A stretch of 64,000 nucleotides of DNA, taken from contig JAKMXF010000133.1 of the NCBI GenBank assembly GCA_024704765.1, positions 558,001-622,000 on the forward strand, given 5' to 3'. The position numbers were made by a program, and so were the translations under genes. This document shows positions 1-12,016 of this stretch, piece by piece; positions within the stretch are counted from its first letter, which is position 1, and each line of letters begins with the position of its first letter. A model generated the notes under the pieces. The model saw only the letters and a list, made by a program, of their open reading frames with translations. It was not told where the DNA came from and searched no databases. This DNA is from Oopsacas minuta (taxonomy: Eukaryota > Animalia > Porifera).

Positions 1-2
1 GG

Positions 3-671
3 GTGAGATATAATGCCGAGAAATCAAGAACTGGATTCTATTACACTACTCCTATTTATAAGTTTCGTATGAAATGTCATTTGTGTGACAGTCACTTCGA
101 AATTCAAACTGATCCTAAGAATTTTGATTACGAAGTAATCTCTGGCGCTTCACGGAAGAATGAGAGATGGAATCATGTAGAGGGAGAAACGATAGCTGTA
201 GGAGATAGCGAGGAAAAAGAGAAGATTAATACAGACCCTATGTATGCTCTGGAGCATGTAGTTGATGATAAAACCAAGGGAGAATCATATAACCCAAGTT
301 TGAAAGAAATTTATAGATCTTCTCTGTGTATGGACAAAGACTATGCGGTAAATTCTCTAATTAGGAAACATTTTAGAGGTGAAAAGAGAGAGTTACAAGC
401 ACAGGAGAAAATTGATCAAGCCTTGAAGGAAAAATGTTCAATTGATATACCACTGTTGCCAGAAAACCCAAAAGATATTAAATTAGCGAAAACAATAAAA
501 TTTGGTCAAATTAAGAAAAGGAAGAAGATTAAGTTGAAATCTCAGAATATTTTTGGTAAAATCCGAAATGGCAAATTTGATAAATTCCAATTGATACCCA
601 ATACAAAATCTGCCACAACTTCTCCCTCAATCTCAAAACTCAAGAAATCCGAACTTGTACGCTCTTCATAA
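3..671 (+). CDS. YJU2B: CWC16-family splicing factor YJU2B/CCDC130, 3' part (5' end lies outside the window)
   Basis: (G)VRYNAEK..G.YYTTPIYKFRMKCHLC..FEIQTDPKNFDY matches the CCDC130/CWC16 zinc-binding region. The frame is open from the window edge, so the GTG is not a real start. Confidence 0.9.
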   Translation: MRYNAEKSRTGFYYTTPIYKFRMKCHLCDSHFEIQTDPKNFDYEVISGASRKNERWNHVEGETIAVGDSEEKEKINTDPMYALEHVVDDKTKGESYNPSLKEIYRSSLCMDKDYAVNSLIRKHFRGEKRELQAQEKIDQALKEKCSIDIPLLPENPKDIKLAKTIKFGQIKKRKKIKLKSQNIFGKIRNGKFDKFQLIPNTKSATTSPSISKLKKSELVRSS

Positions 672-1142
672 GAGATGTTAATATATTTTTCAATAATGTA
701 TGATTAAATTACTGAAGCAGTTCTTCATGGATTTTGTTAGTTGCATTTATGTGTGTCTTATTTAATACATTTCACAAACGTTTACAACTCCTCTTCTATC
801 TGGTTTGTTTTTTATCATGTTGCAAAACAGGCTATTTATTTGTCTTTTACATGACTTCCCCTTTTCTTAATTAAGAGACAACATTGAGTCTGTTCCGCTC
901 TGTTAATTAATCAAGTTCCCTAAAAGGTGCTAAGAATTTATGTTGCTGCAGGAAAGAGATTGAATCTTCATTGATATTATCCCTGGTCGTAGTCTGTCTT
1001 GTTGAATATTATGGGTACTTTCACCTCACGTTATTTCGGTATATAGAAATAGAAAATACCAGCTTACATCGTCGATAAATTGTTATCTGTACAAGTTGGT
1101 AAATACACTGCGTATTATTTGTTCTCTGCAATATCTAGCCAA

Positions 1143-3590
1143 ATGCAAAATTTGCATCTAGCCCCTGACAATGATGAAGATGACTTGTACATCTTTGAAG
1201 ATGCTCAGCATCAAGATCTTGATTTAGACATGTTAGATCAAGACGAAGGGTTTCAGAAAGCAGTAAAGACCAGCTATGCTAACAGACCCCCTCTACCTGG
1301 TGCTCTAAGTGCAAGAGGACTCCCTAATACCGCGGCGAAAGGGGCTCCGGAAGGGACAGCAGCTGGGAATAGGGAGGGTCCCGCACGCCCTATGACAGCG
1401 ATCAGAGGGGCCGGGTTCACTAGTACAACCAGTCAACCCGCTATCGTTGGATTCAATGAGCAGACCATGGCACCCATCAAGGATAAATCTGAAGAAACTC
1501 CTGAAGATGCAATCAAATTGTTAGAAAAGAGGATAAATGAATTACTGGAGGAGAGTGCTATTCTAGAGAGCAGAGGACAACATAAGGAGGCACTGGACAA
1601 GGCGAAAGATGCCGCGAGGAAGGAACGAATACTCTGTACACAACGAGATCAAGCTTCTTTCAGCGATCAGATCAATCTAGACCTCACATACTATGCCCTA
1701 TTCAATCTAGCTAACCAGTACCGATCTAACCAGCTATACTCCGAAGCACTTAACGCCTACCTTATGATAGTAAAGAACAAACTATTCAATAACGGAAGCC
1801 GTCTCAGAGTGAATATGGGTAATGTATATTTTGCTCAGAAGAAATACCTACAAGCAGTTAAGATGTACCAAATGGCATTAGATCAAATATCTGATCAGCA
1901 TCACAAACACATAAGAGCTAAAATCCTAAAGAATATAGGATCTGCTCTACTGTCTATGGGTAGATATCAGGACGCTATTACCTCGTTTGAACAAGCAATG
2001 GTTGAAGTGCCTTGTCATACATCTGTGTATAATCTAATTCTTACTTATTTTGCTGTTGGAGACTCTGAAAAGATGAAAAGAGCTTATGAACGTCTCGTTA
2101 AGATCCCGATTGGTTTGGATAATGATGAAAAGTATGCTCTCGCTACTGATGCGGATGCTCAACAGAAATTACTGCTGGAAGTGATTAAAGACGATAGCCT
2201 CGCGAAATGGGAGAAGGAGAAGAAAGGAACAGTAGAACGATACATCCTATCAGCTGGTAAGGTCATTGCGCCTGTTATCGCGCCCTCTTTCGCTGTTGGT
2301 TACGACTGGTGTATTGAAAAAGTCAAACTATCTCCCTATGCACATCTGGCTTGTGAACTAGAGATAAGTAAAGCTCTAACATTCCTTAAGAACAAAGACG
2401 TAACCCATGCCATGGATACTCTTAAAATATTCGAAAAGAAGGATAGCAATATGGCTAGTACTGCCTCCAACAATTTAGCTTTTCTATACTACCATGAGAG
2501 TGATATGAATCTAGCTGAGAAGTATGCAGACAAATCTATTAAGGAGGATAGATATAATCCTCATGCTCTGGTGAACAAAGGGTGTTGTCTATTCAACAAG
2601 GGAGACTATAAGGGAGCTATTTCTCACTTTGAAGAGGCGTTACGCATGGACGCTACTCTAACCGAGGCTCTGCATAACCTAGGAGTATCTTATAAACAGG
2701 AGAACAGATACCCAGAAGCTCTAGAAGTATTTCTCAAACTCCATTCTCTACTTCCCTCCAGTCCTAACGTATTCTTTATGATAGCAGACCTATACGACAG
2801 TATGGATGATATACCTAATGCAATGGAATGGTTCCTCCAGCTGCTTTCTCTCACACCTACAGACCCAGACGTATTAACACGCCTCGCTGACATATTTGAG
2901 AGAGATCACGATATGTCACAAGCATTTCAATATCGTTATGAAGCCTATAAATACTACCCATCTGATATAAGTAATATATCGTGGCTAGGTGCTTACTATA
3001 TGGAATCTCAGTTCGTAGAGAAAGCAATAATATTCTTTGAGAGAGCTACACAGATCCAGCCAGGAGAAGTCAGATGGAGACTGATGGTAGCTAGCTGTCA
3101 TAGAAGAATAGGGAACTACCAGTTAGCACTACAGATGTATAAGGACATTAACGAACAGTTCCCGGAAAACACAGAGTGTCTTAAGTTCTTAGTGCATATG
3201 TGTACTGATTTGGGTTTAAAGGAGGGTTCAGAGTATACTGCTAGGCTGAAGAGGGCTGAGAGAGCTAAAGAGCTGAGACAGCAGAGAGAGCATAGTGGGA
3301 AGAGAGGAGGGAGTGAATCTCGTGAGAACTCTGGGGAGATTAAAGGGAGAGTACTGTCTGGAGGAGGAGGGACTTCAAAGAATCCTACTTCTAATTCTAA
3401 GCTCCCTATTGGTGGTGTGAGAAATGATACACCCGAGAGAAATAGAAAGCAGTATAATCTTGATTCTGGTTATACTGATCCTCTGGGAGATACACCACAA
3501 AGACCAAGGACATCTGCTAGAGTTCATAAACAGGAACCTGAAGATGAGTTTGGAGATGAAGAACTGGGAGAAGATCTACTTCCTGAATAG
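1143..3590 (+). CDS. IFT88: Intraflagellar transport protein 88 (TPR repeats), intronless
   Basis: N-terminus MQNLHLAPDNDEDDLY (ATG 1143), RPMTAIRGAGFT motif, multiple TPRs and C-terminal EELGEDLLPE all match IFT88. Confidence 0.96.
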   Translation: MQNLHLAPDNDEDDLYIFEDAQHQDLDLDMLDQDEGFQKAVKTSYANRPPLPGALSARGLPNTAAKGAPEGTAAGNREGPARPMTAIRGAGFTSTTSQPAIVGFNEQTMAPIKDKSEETPEDAIKLLEKRINELLEESAILESRGQHKEALDKAKDAARKERILCTQRDQASFSDQINLDLTYYALFNLANQYRSNQLYSEALNAYLMIVKNKLFNNGSRLRVNMGNVYFAQKKYLQAVKMYQMALDQISDQHHKHIRAKILKNIGSALLSMGRYQDAITSFEQAMVEVPCHTSVYNLILTYFAVGDSEKMKRAYERLVKIPIGLDNDEKYALATDADAQQKLLLEVIKDDSLAKWEKEKKGTVERYILSAGKVIAPVIAPSFAVGYDWCIEKVKLSPYAHLACELEISKALTFLKNKDVTHAMDTLKIFEKKDSNMASTASNNLAFLYYHESDMNLAEKYADKSIKEDRYNPHALVNKGCCLFNKGDYKGAISHFEEALRMDATLTEALHNLGVSYKQENRYPEALEVFLKLHSLLPSSPNVFFMIADLYDSMDDIPNAMEWFLQLLSLTPTDPDVLTRLADIFERDHDMSQAFQYRYEAYKYYPSDISNISWLGAYYMESQFVEKAIIFFERATQIQPGEVRWRLMVASCHRRIGNYQLALQMYKDINEQFPENTECLKFLVHMCTDLGLKEGSEYTARLKRAERAKELRQQREHSGKRGGSESRENSGEIKGRVLSGGGGTSKNPTSNSKLPIGGVRNDTPERNRKQYNLDSGYTDPLGDTPQRPRTSARVHKQEPEDEFGDEELGEDLLPE

Positions 3591-4281
3591 CTGGATAAGT
3601 TATCATTTAAATGGCTAATCGATCACTATAATGTTATTCGTGTGTTGCTATTATTAATTATGTTCTAATATAGAAATTCCCTAAAGTAATGGTCAGATTA
3701 ATTCGTACAGAAAGCGACTTCTATGCCCACTAAAATTATTTTAGTATAACTGAGATACAGCAAGATCATAGGCATAAAAGTACCGGTCCAGTCCGATCCC
3801 GGTTTGTACGGTTTGTAACGTTTTGCAATGCTGTTTCATATCTAATACTTTATACAGTTTTCTTCCTCATATATTGAACAATTAACTATAATTTCCTACT
3901 GGTTACCGATCAGGTTTTTAGTTCATGGCTATTAGAAGTATGGCTATCTCCTTCAACCAAGTGGTTAATGGGTGGAGAAGAATATACGCCACATGATTAA
4001 CTTGTAGTCTAAGACTATTAATTTGATACTTTATATTTATTTCTATTGAAGCAGGCTAACGTATATAAATTCTTAAAATTTTGATAAAATATGGTTTCAT
4101 TGACAAAATAAGGTTAATATCTCATTGTTCTACCATACAGTGTGAAATCAGATAAAATTTTTCTGCAAATTTTGAATTCTTTCCTAATCTCTTGATATAT
4201 GAAATCAGTTTATTAGGCAGTATTTACATATACATAATAGTCTCTTATATGTAACTAATACTATTTCTATATAATTAGTGG

Positions 4282-5661
4282 ATGGATATAAATAGTATAC
4301 GGAGTGCCACACCCACTCATGATTCTTCTGCCGGATCTTCTACCGGGAGTGATCCCAGGTTTATGACACAATCTGAGTTGCTAACTTTGAAACAAGCGCA
4401 AGGTGATACCCATAAGCGTAATCTTATCGATGTGTGTAGGATGTGTATCAAATCGCTTGTTGATACATCTGCATTCCAGAGTATTCTCGATGACAACGAG
4501 CATTTGAATAATTTCTGTGTTATCGTGGAGTACTTGTTCCTGTATCGGTTACTCCCTCATAAGAAGAACTCATGGTTTGGACCAGAGGAACCATTCTCAC
4601 CTTGGAGTGTGGTATCAGCCTTCAAGAAGCAAGGTCAAAGTTTTCGTCTCCTCAAGCTAGAGACTCAATCTATACAAACTATTGAGGAAATGTGTGTTGG
4701 ATCCCCGCCTATTACAAAGTTCAGGGCTTGGCTGAGACTGGCTCTGCTCGAGAAGAGATTCGCGGAATATTACAGTATCCTTGCGGGTAACAGTAATTTG
4801 GTTTCACAGTATTATGAGTCTGGTTCTTGTTTCCACGGAGAAGACGGTCAAATACTCAGCGAAAATTTCAAATGTCTAAACTCAATTGACTTCTTACTCT
4901 GTCTCAAGGACTTCTCATGTCCAGGAGAGATTCATTTGGTGATTAATTTCTCTCCGTATCTTCAATACACACAAACACCTGAGAGTCAAGTAGCTGACGA
5001 ATTGGAGAGGTTGAGATTTGCTAACCCAGGACTGCAAGATGAAAATAACCTAGCTGAATTGTTGAGGAAAGAACGTGAACAGAAATTATTTTATGAGGAG
5101 ATGATTCGTTCAAAAGATGAAGAGATACAGTCTCTACAGGAGCTGAATTCTGAACTAACAGCTGATCGCTCTGAAAAGGAACACATCATTCTAGAACTAC
5201 AGGGACTATTGGAACAGACGCAGAATGCTCTTAGGGAGAGTCAAAACCATCAGGATAAGAAACCATGGATACCCAATATGCCTAGTCTAGCCTTTATGCG
5301 GGGTGGAGGGGAACACACTCATAATAACATTGAGAGTAGAGACGATCCAAACAGTGATTTTGTTAGTTTTGGAGCTTACACTTCAGGTAAAGTCCCTCAA
5401 GATCCTGACCTATGGAGTAGACCTCTAGAGGAGAATCCTATACGCAAGAAACAGAGTAAAACCCTACCCAGTACTGATCCTCGACCCTCTACTGAACCTT
5501 TAGCTACTATCCTTACCCACCCACCTATCTCTCCTCTAATCCTCATGTCCAATGAGGACCCTCTCCTCCCTACAGAACCTCAGTCTAACACACAACCTAC
5601 CGATAATGCATTTGGACATATCAATCTTGACTATTCCCTGCATAACGGTAACTCACATTGA
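4282..5661 (+). CDS. RUN-domain protein with coiled coil (RUNDC3-like), intronless
   Basis: RNLIDVCRMCIKSLVD, NNFCVIVEYLF.YRL and FRAWLRLALLEKRF are RUN-domain motifs, followed by a coiled coil and a Pro-rich tail. Confidence 0.82.
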   Translation: MDINSIRSATPTHDSSAGSSTGSDPRFMTQSELLTLKQAQGDTHKRNLIDVCRMCIKSLVDTSAFQSILDDNEHLNNFCVIVEYLFLYRLLPHKKNSWFGPEEPFSPWSVVSAFKKQGQSFRLLKLETQSIQTIEEMCVGSPPITKFRAWLRLALLEKRFAEYYSILAGNSNLVSQYYESGSCFHGEDGQILSENFKCLNSIDFLLCLKDFSCPGEIHLVINFSPYLQYTQTPESQVADELERLRFANPGLQDENNLAELLRKEREQKLFYEEMIRSKDEEIQSLQELNSELTADRSEKEHIILELQGLLEQTQNALRESQNHQDKKPWIPNMPSLAFMRGGGEHTHNNIESRDDPNSDFVSFGAYTSGKVPQDPDLWSRPLEENPIRKKQSKTLPSTDPRPSTEPLATILTHPPISPLILMSNEDPLLPTEPQSNTQPTDNAFGHINLDYSLHNGNSH

Positions 5662-6173
5662 TTAGATAAATTAGAATTGCCTCTTTTATTGGAGAGGATA
5701 CTAATGGCCTTACCTCACACTTGTTGTTATCAGTATGTACTTATTCGCTATTGTTGTATGGTGGTCTTATATTTATAGATTGTGTTGAATATTAGAAGTT
5801 TATATTGTATTGTAATGCTATGTTTGAATTTTCTATTGGGCCTCTTTTGCGTAATTTATTGAAAGGTATTCCCTCGACCACTTTGCATGGCCACAACTCG
5901 AAAACTATTAGTGGTCAAAATTGCAAAAATCTAGGCCAAGGGTGCCTTTTTCCCGAAATTAGGTCTCGGGGCAATTCGTCCTACCAATGAGACACTACAC
6001 TGGAGACTTATATGGAGGACACATGCCTTAATGAAGCCAGATTGAGGTCTTGAAAATAACTAAATACGTAGTATTTGCCGTGAATCCCCAAAAGTATAAT
6101 ATAATTTACACAACATTCGAATTTCTCATTTATTATTTTATATTATTATTATTTCCTTTGAAAGTTCAAACAA

Positions 6174-8300
6174 ATGTGTAATGGACAGAGCAAATCCAAG
6201 GCTCGTGACCCAGCTAATTACGGCAGTACTAAGAAGGAGCGCCAGCAACAAGCCCAGCTGGAGAACATACAGCTGAGACTTGATGTAGATGAATTGAAGA
6301 AGCTTCATCACTCAGCTGATTACAAATGTACTACTGAATTCCTAGCCAGAGAATACCTTGTAGTGAGGAGATGTTGCCCTCTTAAATTCAATATAGAATC
6401 TCGCAATACTGATCTAACTAAGATGAAGCTAGAGGAAGCATGGTTAGTCGTATCAGAAGATGACAAAATGAAAGTTGAAATTGAAATTGAAACTACTAGT
6501 AAGTTTCTATTGAAAGCACGAGCTATTCTATCTGCTACTACTCCTGTTGGTTTGTATGAGAATTTATTGATCAGTTTGATTCCTGCTAAAGAAGACTCAG
6601 AATTCGAAGAGATGACTCTTAGCACTAAACACTCAGTATTCGTAGCATTCAATCCCTGGAATAAAGATGAGCTCGTCTTCCTTGAAGATGAAGCAGAACG
6701 TGCTGAGTATGTGCAGAATGATCGTGGAGTTGTTTGGATGTCTAACTTAGTGCCTTGTCCATGGTTCTTCGCACAACATCAAGAATCAGTCCTGGCCGTA
6801 TTGTCTCGCATTTTCAAAGAGAGTGAACCTACTCATGAGCAGCTTACTAACCCTATTCAGGTGTCTAGAATTATCGCCAAATACTTGGTGGATAAGATAT
6901 TAGTTGGGAAATGGACTGGAGACTACGGACACGGTAAAGATCCTGCCTCTTGGAGGACAACTCCTCAGATATTGAAAGAATACCTAGAGACATCTATATC
7001 AGTCCGCTACGGACAGTGTTGGGTATTCACAGCTGTTTTGTGCTCACTCTTGAGAGGAATTGGTATTCCATCTCGTCCTGTCACTAACTATAACTCTGCT
7101 CATGACATTAATACAGTCACTGATACATCAGACTTGCAGGTGGATTTCTTTATGGATCAGAACGGTAACCCGATAGAAGAGAAGAACAGAGATTTTCTCT
7201 GGAACTTTCACACTTGGACTGAATTATGGCTTAACAGGACTGATCTGAGCGATTCCATACTTAATGGAAAGAAAGTATCACTTGTTGGTTGGCAAGTTAT
7301 TGATTCTACTCCCCAAGAATCCGGCAGGTCAATCCTCGGTCCCGCTAGCCTGTCTGCAGTCAAGGAAGGGTGTATTGGAATTCCATTCGACACAGAGTGT
7401 ATCTATGGAGGAGTTAACGCAGATCATGTCTTCTATATAAAGAACTTGGATGGTAGTTTTAAGGAAATATTTCGTGACACCAATATTGTAGGTAGAAATA
7501 TCAGCACTAAGGCAGTAGGTAAAATGGACAGAAGTGATATAACAGGTCTCTACAAGTACAGAGAGGGTAGTTTCGAGGAAAGAGAGCGTTTCCAGAAGGC
7601 ACATAGTAAAAGTATTGCACAAGAATTAGCTGTCATAAATCAAAAAGTTCAGATTGAATTTCTCGCTCAAGATGTTATAGTTGGACACGAGTTCGTTGGT
7701 CATATAGAAGTGTCTAATAATTCACCTCAGCTGTTCCAAGCAATGGTATTAGCTAAAGCATTTCTAGTACGTCACAATGGGCATATTATCAAGTCAATAT
7801 TTGAGGCTAGACATCCATGGAAGAAATTCCATGCTCGCGACATGGTTGCTATGGACTTTTCGCTGAAACCTGATAAATATATGGAGTATTTGCACGATCA
7901 GCCGTTCATAATGGCATATGTGTATGTTCAATTAAAGGAGACTAACCAGAAAATACTGAGCGAATGTAGCTATCATTTTGTTGTTAACCCTCCTAAAGTA
8001 ACTGTACCTGACACTGTGAGGGCATACGAGCCGTTCAATCTTAATTTCACTTTTGTGAATCCGCTAAAAACCGCACTTCATGATGTCGAGATAATCGGAC
8101 ACGGTATCAAATCTTCTACTCAAGGTTTCGAGCTCGTAATAGGTGAATTAGCTGCTGAAGAATCTGTGAATGAGATGCATTATCTGAAGTTCTTCAAAGA
8201 AGGCAGATATAAAATGATGATTACTGTATACTCCAAAGAGTTACCTCCCTCTTCCTGTCTAGCTGACATCAGTGTGGTATCAGCTGTTGGACTAAACTAA
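6174..8300 (+). CDS. Protein-glutamine gamma-glutamyltransferase (transglutaminase), intronless
   Basis: Catalytic triad motifs intact: YGQCWVF (Cys), WNFHTW (His), WQVIDSTPQE (Asp). N-terminal beta-sandwich and C-terminal barrels (FVNPL) present. Confidence 0.95.
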   Translation: MCNGQSKSKARDPANYGSTKKERQQQAQLENIQLRLDVDELKKLHHSADYKCTTEFLAREYLVVRRCCPLKFNIESRNTDLTKMKLEEAWLVVSEDDKMKVEIEIETTSKFLLKARAILSATTPVGLYENLLISLIPAKEDSEFEEMTLSTKHSVFVAFNPWNKDELVFLEDEAERAEYVQNDRGVVWMSNLVPCPWFFAQHQESVLAVLSRIFKESEPTHEQLTNPIQVSRIIAKYLVDKILVGKWTGDYGHGKDPASWRTTPQILKEYLETSISVRYGQCWVFTAVLCSLLRGIGIPSRPVTNYNSAHDINTVTDTSDLQVDFFMDQNGNPIEEKNRDFLWNFHTWTELWLNRTDLSDSILNGKKVSLVGWQVIDSTPQESGRSILGPASLSAVKEGCIGIPFDTECIYGGVNADHVFYIKNLDGSFKEIFRDTNIVGRNISTKAVGKMDRSDITGLYKYREGSFEERERFQKAHSKSIAQELAVINQKVQIEFLAQDVIVGHEFVGHIEVSNNSPQLFQAMVLAKAFLVRHNGHIIKSIFEARHPWKKFHARDMVAMDFSLKPDKYMEYLHDQPFIMAYVYVQLKETNQKILSECSYHFVVNPPKVTVPDTVRAYEPFNLNFTFVNPLKTALHDVEIIGHGIKSSTQGFELVIGELAAEESVNEMHYLKFFKEGRYKMMITVYSKELPPSSCLADISVVSAVGLN

Positions 8301-9226
8301 CAACTGGTTGGAGTATGGACTTATAACCTTAGATCTCTTTTATATTTAAAGTCGTTAGTGACTTTCTTTTTTTATTTTATTATATCTATACTAGACTCTT
8401 TAGCTTTGTACTCAAATTATATTTGTATTAAATATTCTCATTAATCTGAATAGCTAAAATTTTCCATGGCATATATCTACTCTGAAAATGTGTACTGCTA
8501 GTGCAAAATGTATGAGCTGGATGATTTTCTCGCCTCCAGCTCCAGATACGACTTGTAGGCGTAGTTACATACATACCAATAATACCTAATGGTTGAGAGA
8601 AATGTATGGCCATAAGTTTGAATCAATTCAAACCCACACGATAGCAAGAGCACTTGGCTGCTGCAACAATTACGATATTGTAATAAGATATTGTCAGATA
8701 TTTACTTTGTAACTTACTCCATTTACCTTACTTTAAATTTGACCTATTTTGTAACAGTATTTTGTTACAAACTATTTTGTAACTATCATCATAATCAAGC
8801 TTTATGGGATACTTATGAGCATATATAGAATGTCTGGTTCATATCCTCATTCGTTTAGACCATTTGTAATTTGTCCAAGTTTAGATTCTTGTACGGGTAT
8901 ACATTTCTAAATGAAAGGTTCATTTACTAATTAATCTATAAGATTAATAGTTATTTCCGTTATCTAAATTAAATGACTTCCTTGACACAATTTCATCTTT
9001 GCCAACTGTCCCGATATTGGCAGGGTCATGATTTTCCCCTGACATTAATTTGATGAGCTAATGTCCCGCGAAACGTGAATTTCCAGCTTTTTTTGTAGAC
9101 CAGAATAATACTAATATGTTACGTTCCGCCTTCCCTTGCTTGAGTTATTAGCAAAAATATTTCGAAAGAAATAGCTCAATACAAATTCAATGCTAATCTG
9201 AGTTAACCTGATGATATCTTAACACG

Positions 9227-10973
9227 ATGGCTACGAAACGATTTACCGCACATGAATTTACGAGAATAAATCTCTCCGAACATAACTTAGGAAAACAAGC
9301 AAAAGATTTCCAACCAAATGTTCGACAGAGCCACCCCAAATTGCATATCTTATATATATTCCGGTTCTACTTTACATACGCATTGATCTACCTAGCTGGG
9401 TATGTAAGAGAATTTGTCCATTGGTTCCTACCGGCTAATAGTACCTACCTTCCAGTGGATACAGAGAAAAATATAAGAGCTGGTATCCAGTCTGTTGTAG
9501 ATGGACATGCTGGTTTCTATCTACGTAATGTATTCCTACCGGTTAATGCATGCTTCCACACACCGCTTACAGGGAGTCCTTCTGTTAAATTTGAGATCAG
9601 AGAGAGGAAACGGAATCACATATTTGAACCATTGTTCGAGCTGACTGGTAAAACCCGTAAAGCATTGAACTTTGGTTCTTATAACTATCTAGGTGAATAT
9701 ATACAGTTACATATTTTGAGCATTCCTTTTAGTGACTTATGATAACCGTTTATTTTTCGTAGGATTTGCTCAGAATGATGGGCCGTGTGTAGAGGCGTCA
9801 AAAGTCACAGTTGAGAAGTATGGAATAGGGATGGGATCATCCAGATCAGAAATGGGGTCTCTACAGCTACACAGAGATCTAGAAAAACTTGTAGCAGAAT
9901 TCCTAGGAAAGGAAGATGCTGCAACCTTTGGAATGGGGTTTATAACAAATGCTGGTAATATTCCGGCAATTCTAGGAAAAGGATGTCTGTTGATAAGTGA
10001 TGAATTGAATCATGCATCTATTGTACTGGGAGCTAAACTGGGGACAGCTAACATTAGAACCTTCAAACATAACGATATGTATGATCTAGAAAAGAAATTG
10101 AAAAAGGTATGTACCATTTAGCAATGGAATAGAATGAAATAATACATTTCTTTGTATTTATAGGCTATTATCGAAGGTCAACCTAAAACAAGAAGGCCTT
10201 GGAAGAAGATAATAGTAATAGTAGAAGGAATATACAGCATGGAAGGTACTATATCCTATATTCCTTCCTTAATAGCTCTGAAACAGAAATACAAGTTCTA
10301 CATCTGGCTAGATGAGGCACATAGCATTGGAGCAATGGGTCCTACAGGTAGAGGTGTGGTTGAGTACTGGGGCAGCGATGCAAACGAGATCGACATAATG
10401 ATGGGCACGTTCTCTAAGAGCTTTGGAGCACATGGTGGTTATATCGCTTCTACCAAAGCTGTAGTGTCTCACATCCGTAGACAAACTCACACTAACTATG
10501 CATCTGCAATGACTCCCGGAGTAGCTATGCAGATATACTCAAGTCTGAGGATAATAATGGGTAGAGATGATAGATATCCTAATGACGGTCAGAGACGTAT
10601 ACGACGGCTAGCAGAGAATACTCGATATTTCCGTTCTGAGCTCTATAAGAGAGGTCTTGTGGTTTATGGAGCTGATGATTCCCCTATTGTCCCTCTCATA
10701 ATATTTACGCCAAATCAGCTTGACATTATTTCAAGGACTTTCATGCATATCGGTATAGGAATAGTAACTGTTGGTTACCCGGCTACACCTCTCCTAGAGT
10801 GTAGATTAAGATTTTGCTTATCAGCAGCTCACACCCGAGATATGCTAGATTACTGTCTCCATACTATCGATGACGTAAGCGAAATGTTTGGGCTCGCTTT
10901 CCTTAAAAACAGACCCATCCCTCCCATTCCATTTCCTACTCCTCATGAACAATTCAAGAACTTTATAACCTGA
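9227..10973 (+). CDS. SPTLC2: Serine palmitoyltransferase subunit 2-like, copy A (3 exons, about 539 aa)
   Basis: Exons 9227-9692, 9763-10106 and 10164-10973 join in frame at GT-AG sites. Motifs: LNFGSYNYLGF, SDELNHAS, DEAHSIG, PLP-lysine GTFSKSFG, PATP loop, RFCLSAAHT. Confidence 0.92.
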
Positions 10974-12016
10974 ATAAATAACTGATAAACGACTAGTTCA
11001 TATACGTTCTTCCTGTTTAACTCCTCATTTACTCTACTAGAATTTTAGCTTTATCGTCCAAATCCTACACCTATTTTTATTAATATTTATCCCTTCTGTA
11101 TTTACTCATGAACTGTTCCCAACTTTGTGTTTTTTCTATATTTTGTGTTGCTGTAAGGAAACTTAATATGTTTCATACTCAAGTTATGGTTATTAAAATA
11201 ACTATACACATTTCGTTATCTATTCAGGATATTCTGTAGTTTATCTGTGCGGCTCTCAAGTTTATGAGGTTTAACGCACATGCTGTAACACAAATTACTG
11301 ACTGGGATCACTGTGATGGGATATATCTCACTTCATCTGTATATGTTCTAGGCCGTAACTACCAAATTGCCTGCCTCCTCGCTTTTTCGGGCGTTACCTC
11401 ATCTCCCTATTGTAATCGCCATCATATTGAGGAAAATATCCATCCTTGACTCCTCGGGTCTGTGATCTCTAGTTACGTCCCAGATCTATTACGTAACTCC
11501 CTAAAATTTGTAGTTTTAAAATGTAAGCGATATGAATTTTAGCAATATTCAGTGATTCACAGAATAGGCTCGTTATATCTGTGTTAGGCTAGCACATGAC
11601 TATACATATCAATCATGATCATGCTTGCTATAATAACTTAATTATAAAGCAAAACGGATACTGATTGTCCACCTCACATTATTTGAGGTTTTAAGACAAT
11701 TTTTTGCAAGAATACAACAAACTTTCAATATCTCGTGTTCAGGAAATAGACAATATTGAACTTCATAATGTCAATTTCTAATCAGTTCATACAAATAATA
11801 GGAAATCACCCTACGTACTATCGACAGAGACTCAATTTGGTTGTTAAAACAACTAAACAATCGTGCAATGCTCATGGTCTTGATAATATACCATATATGT
11901 TTCCTACTCATGATCATGCGATGTGACCTGATGATCTTATGTCAATATGTCCGTCCTAGAATATATAGTTGGTAAAATAATGTATATTATTATTTACGTT
12001 ACAAGTGAGTTTAGAT

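Noticed and set aside
1080-1142. ORF-track N-terminal extensions from TTG/GTG starts (IFT88 1080, polyubiquitin 14880, NHL 29200, DBT 40106, SPT2-B 12005, TRIP11 18511)
   Set aside because: Eukaryotic locus; downstream ATGs fit the known or paralogous N-termini.
8428-8613. Minus-strand ORF with SRIWSWRRENHP, loosely like a mariner/Tc1 transposase segment
   Set aside because: Too short, no DDE/D residues or terminal repeats; similarity is within chance.
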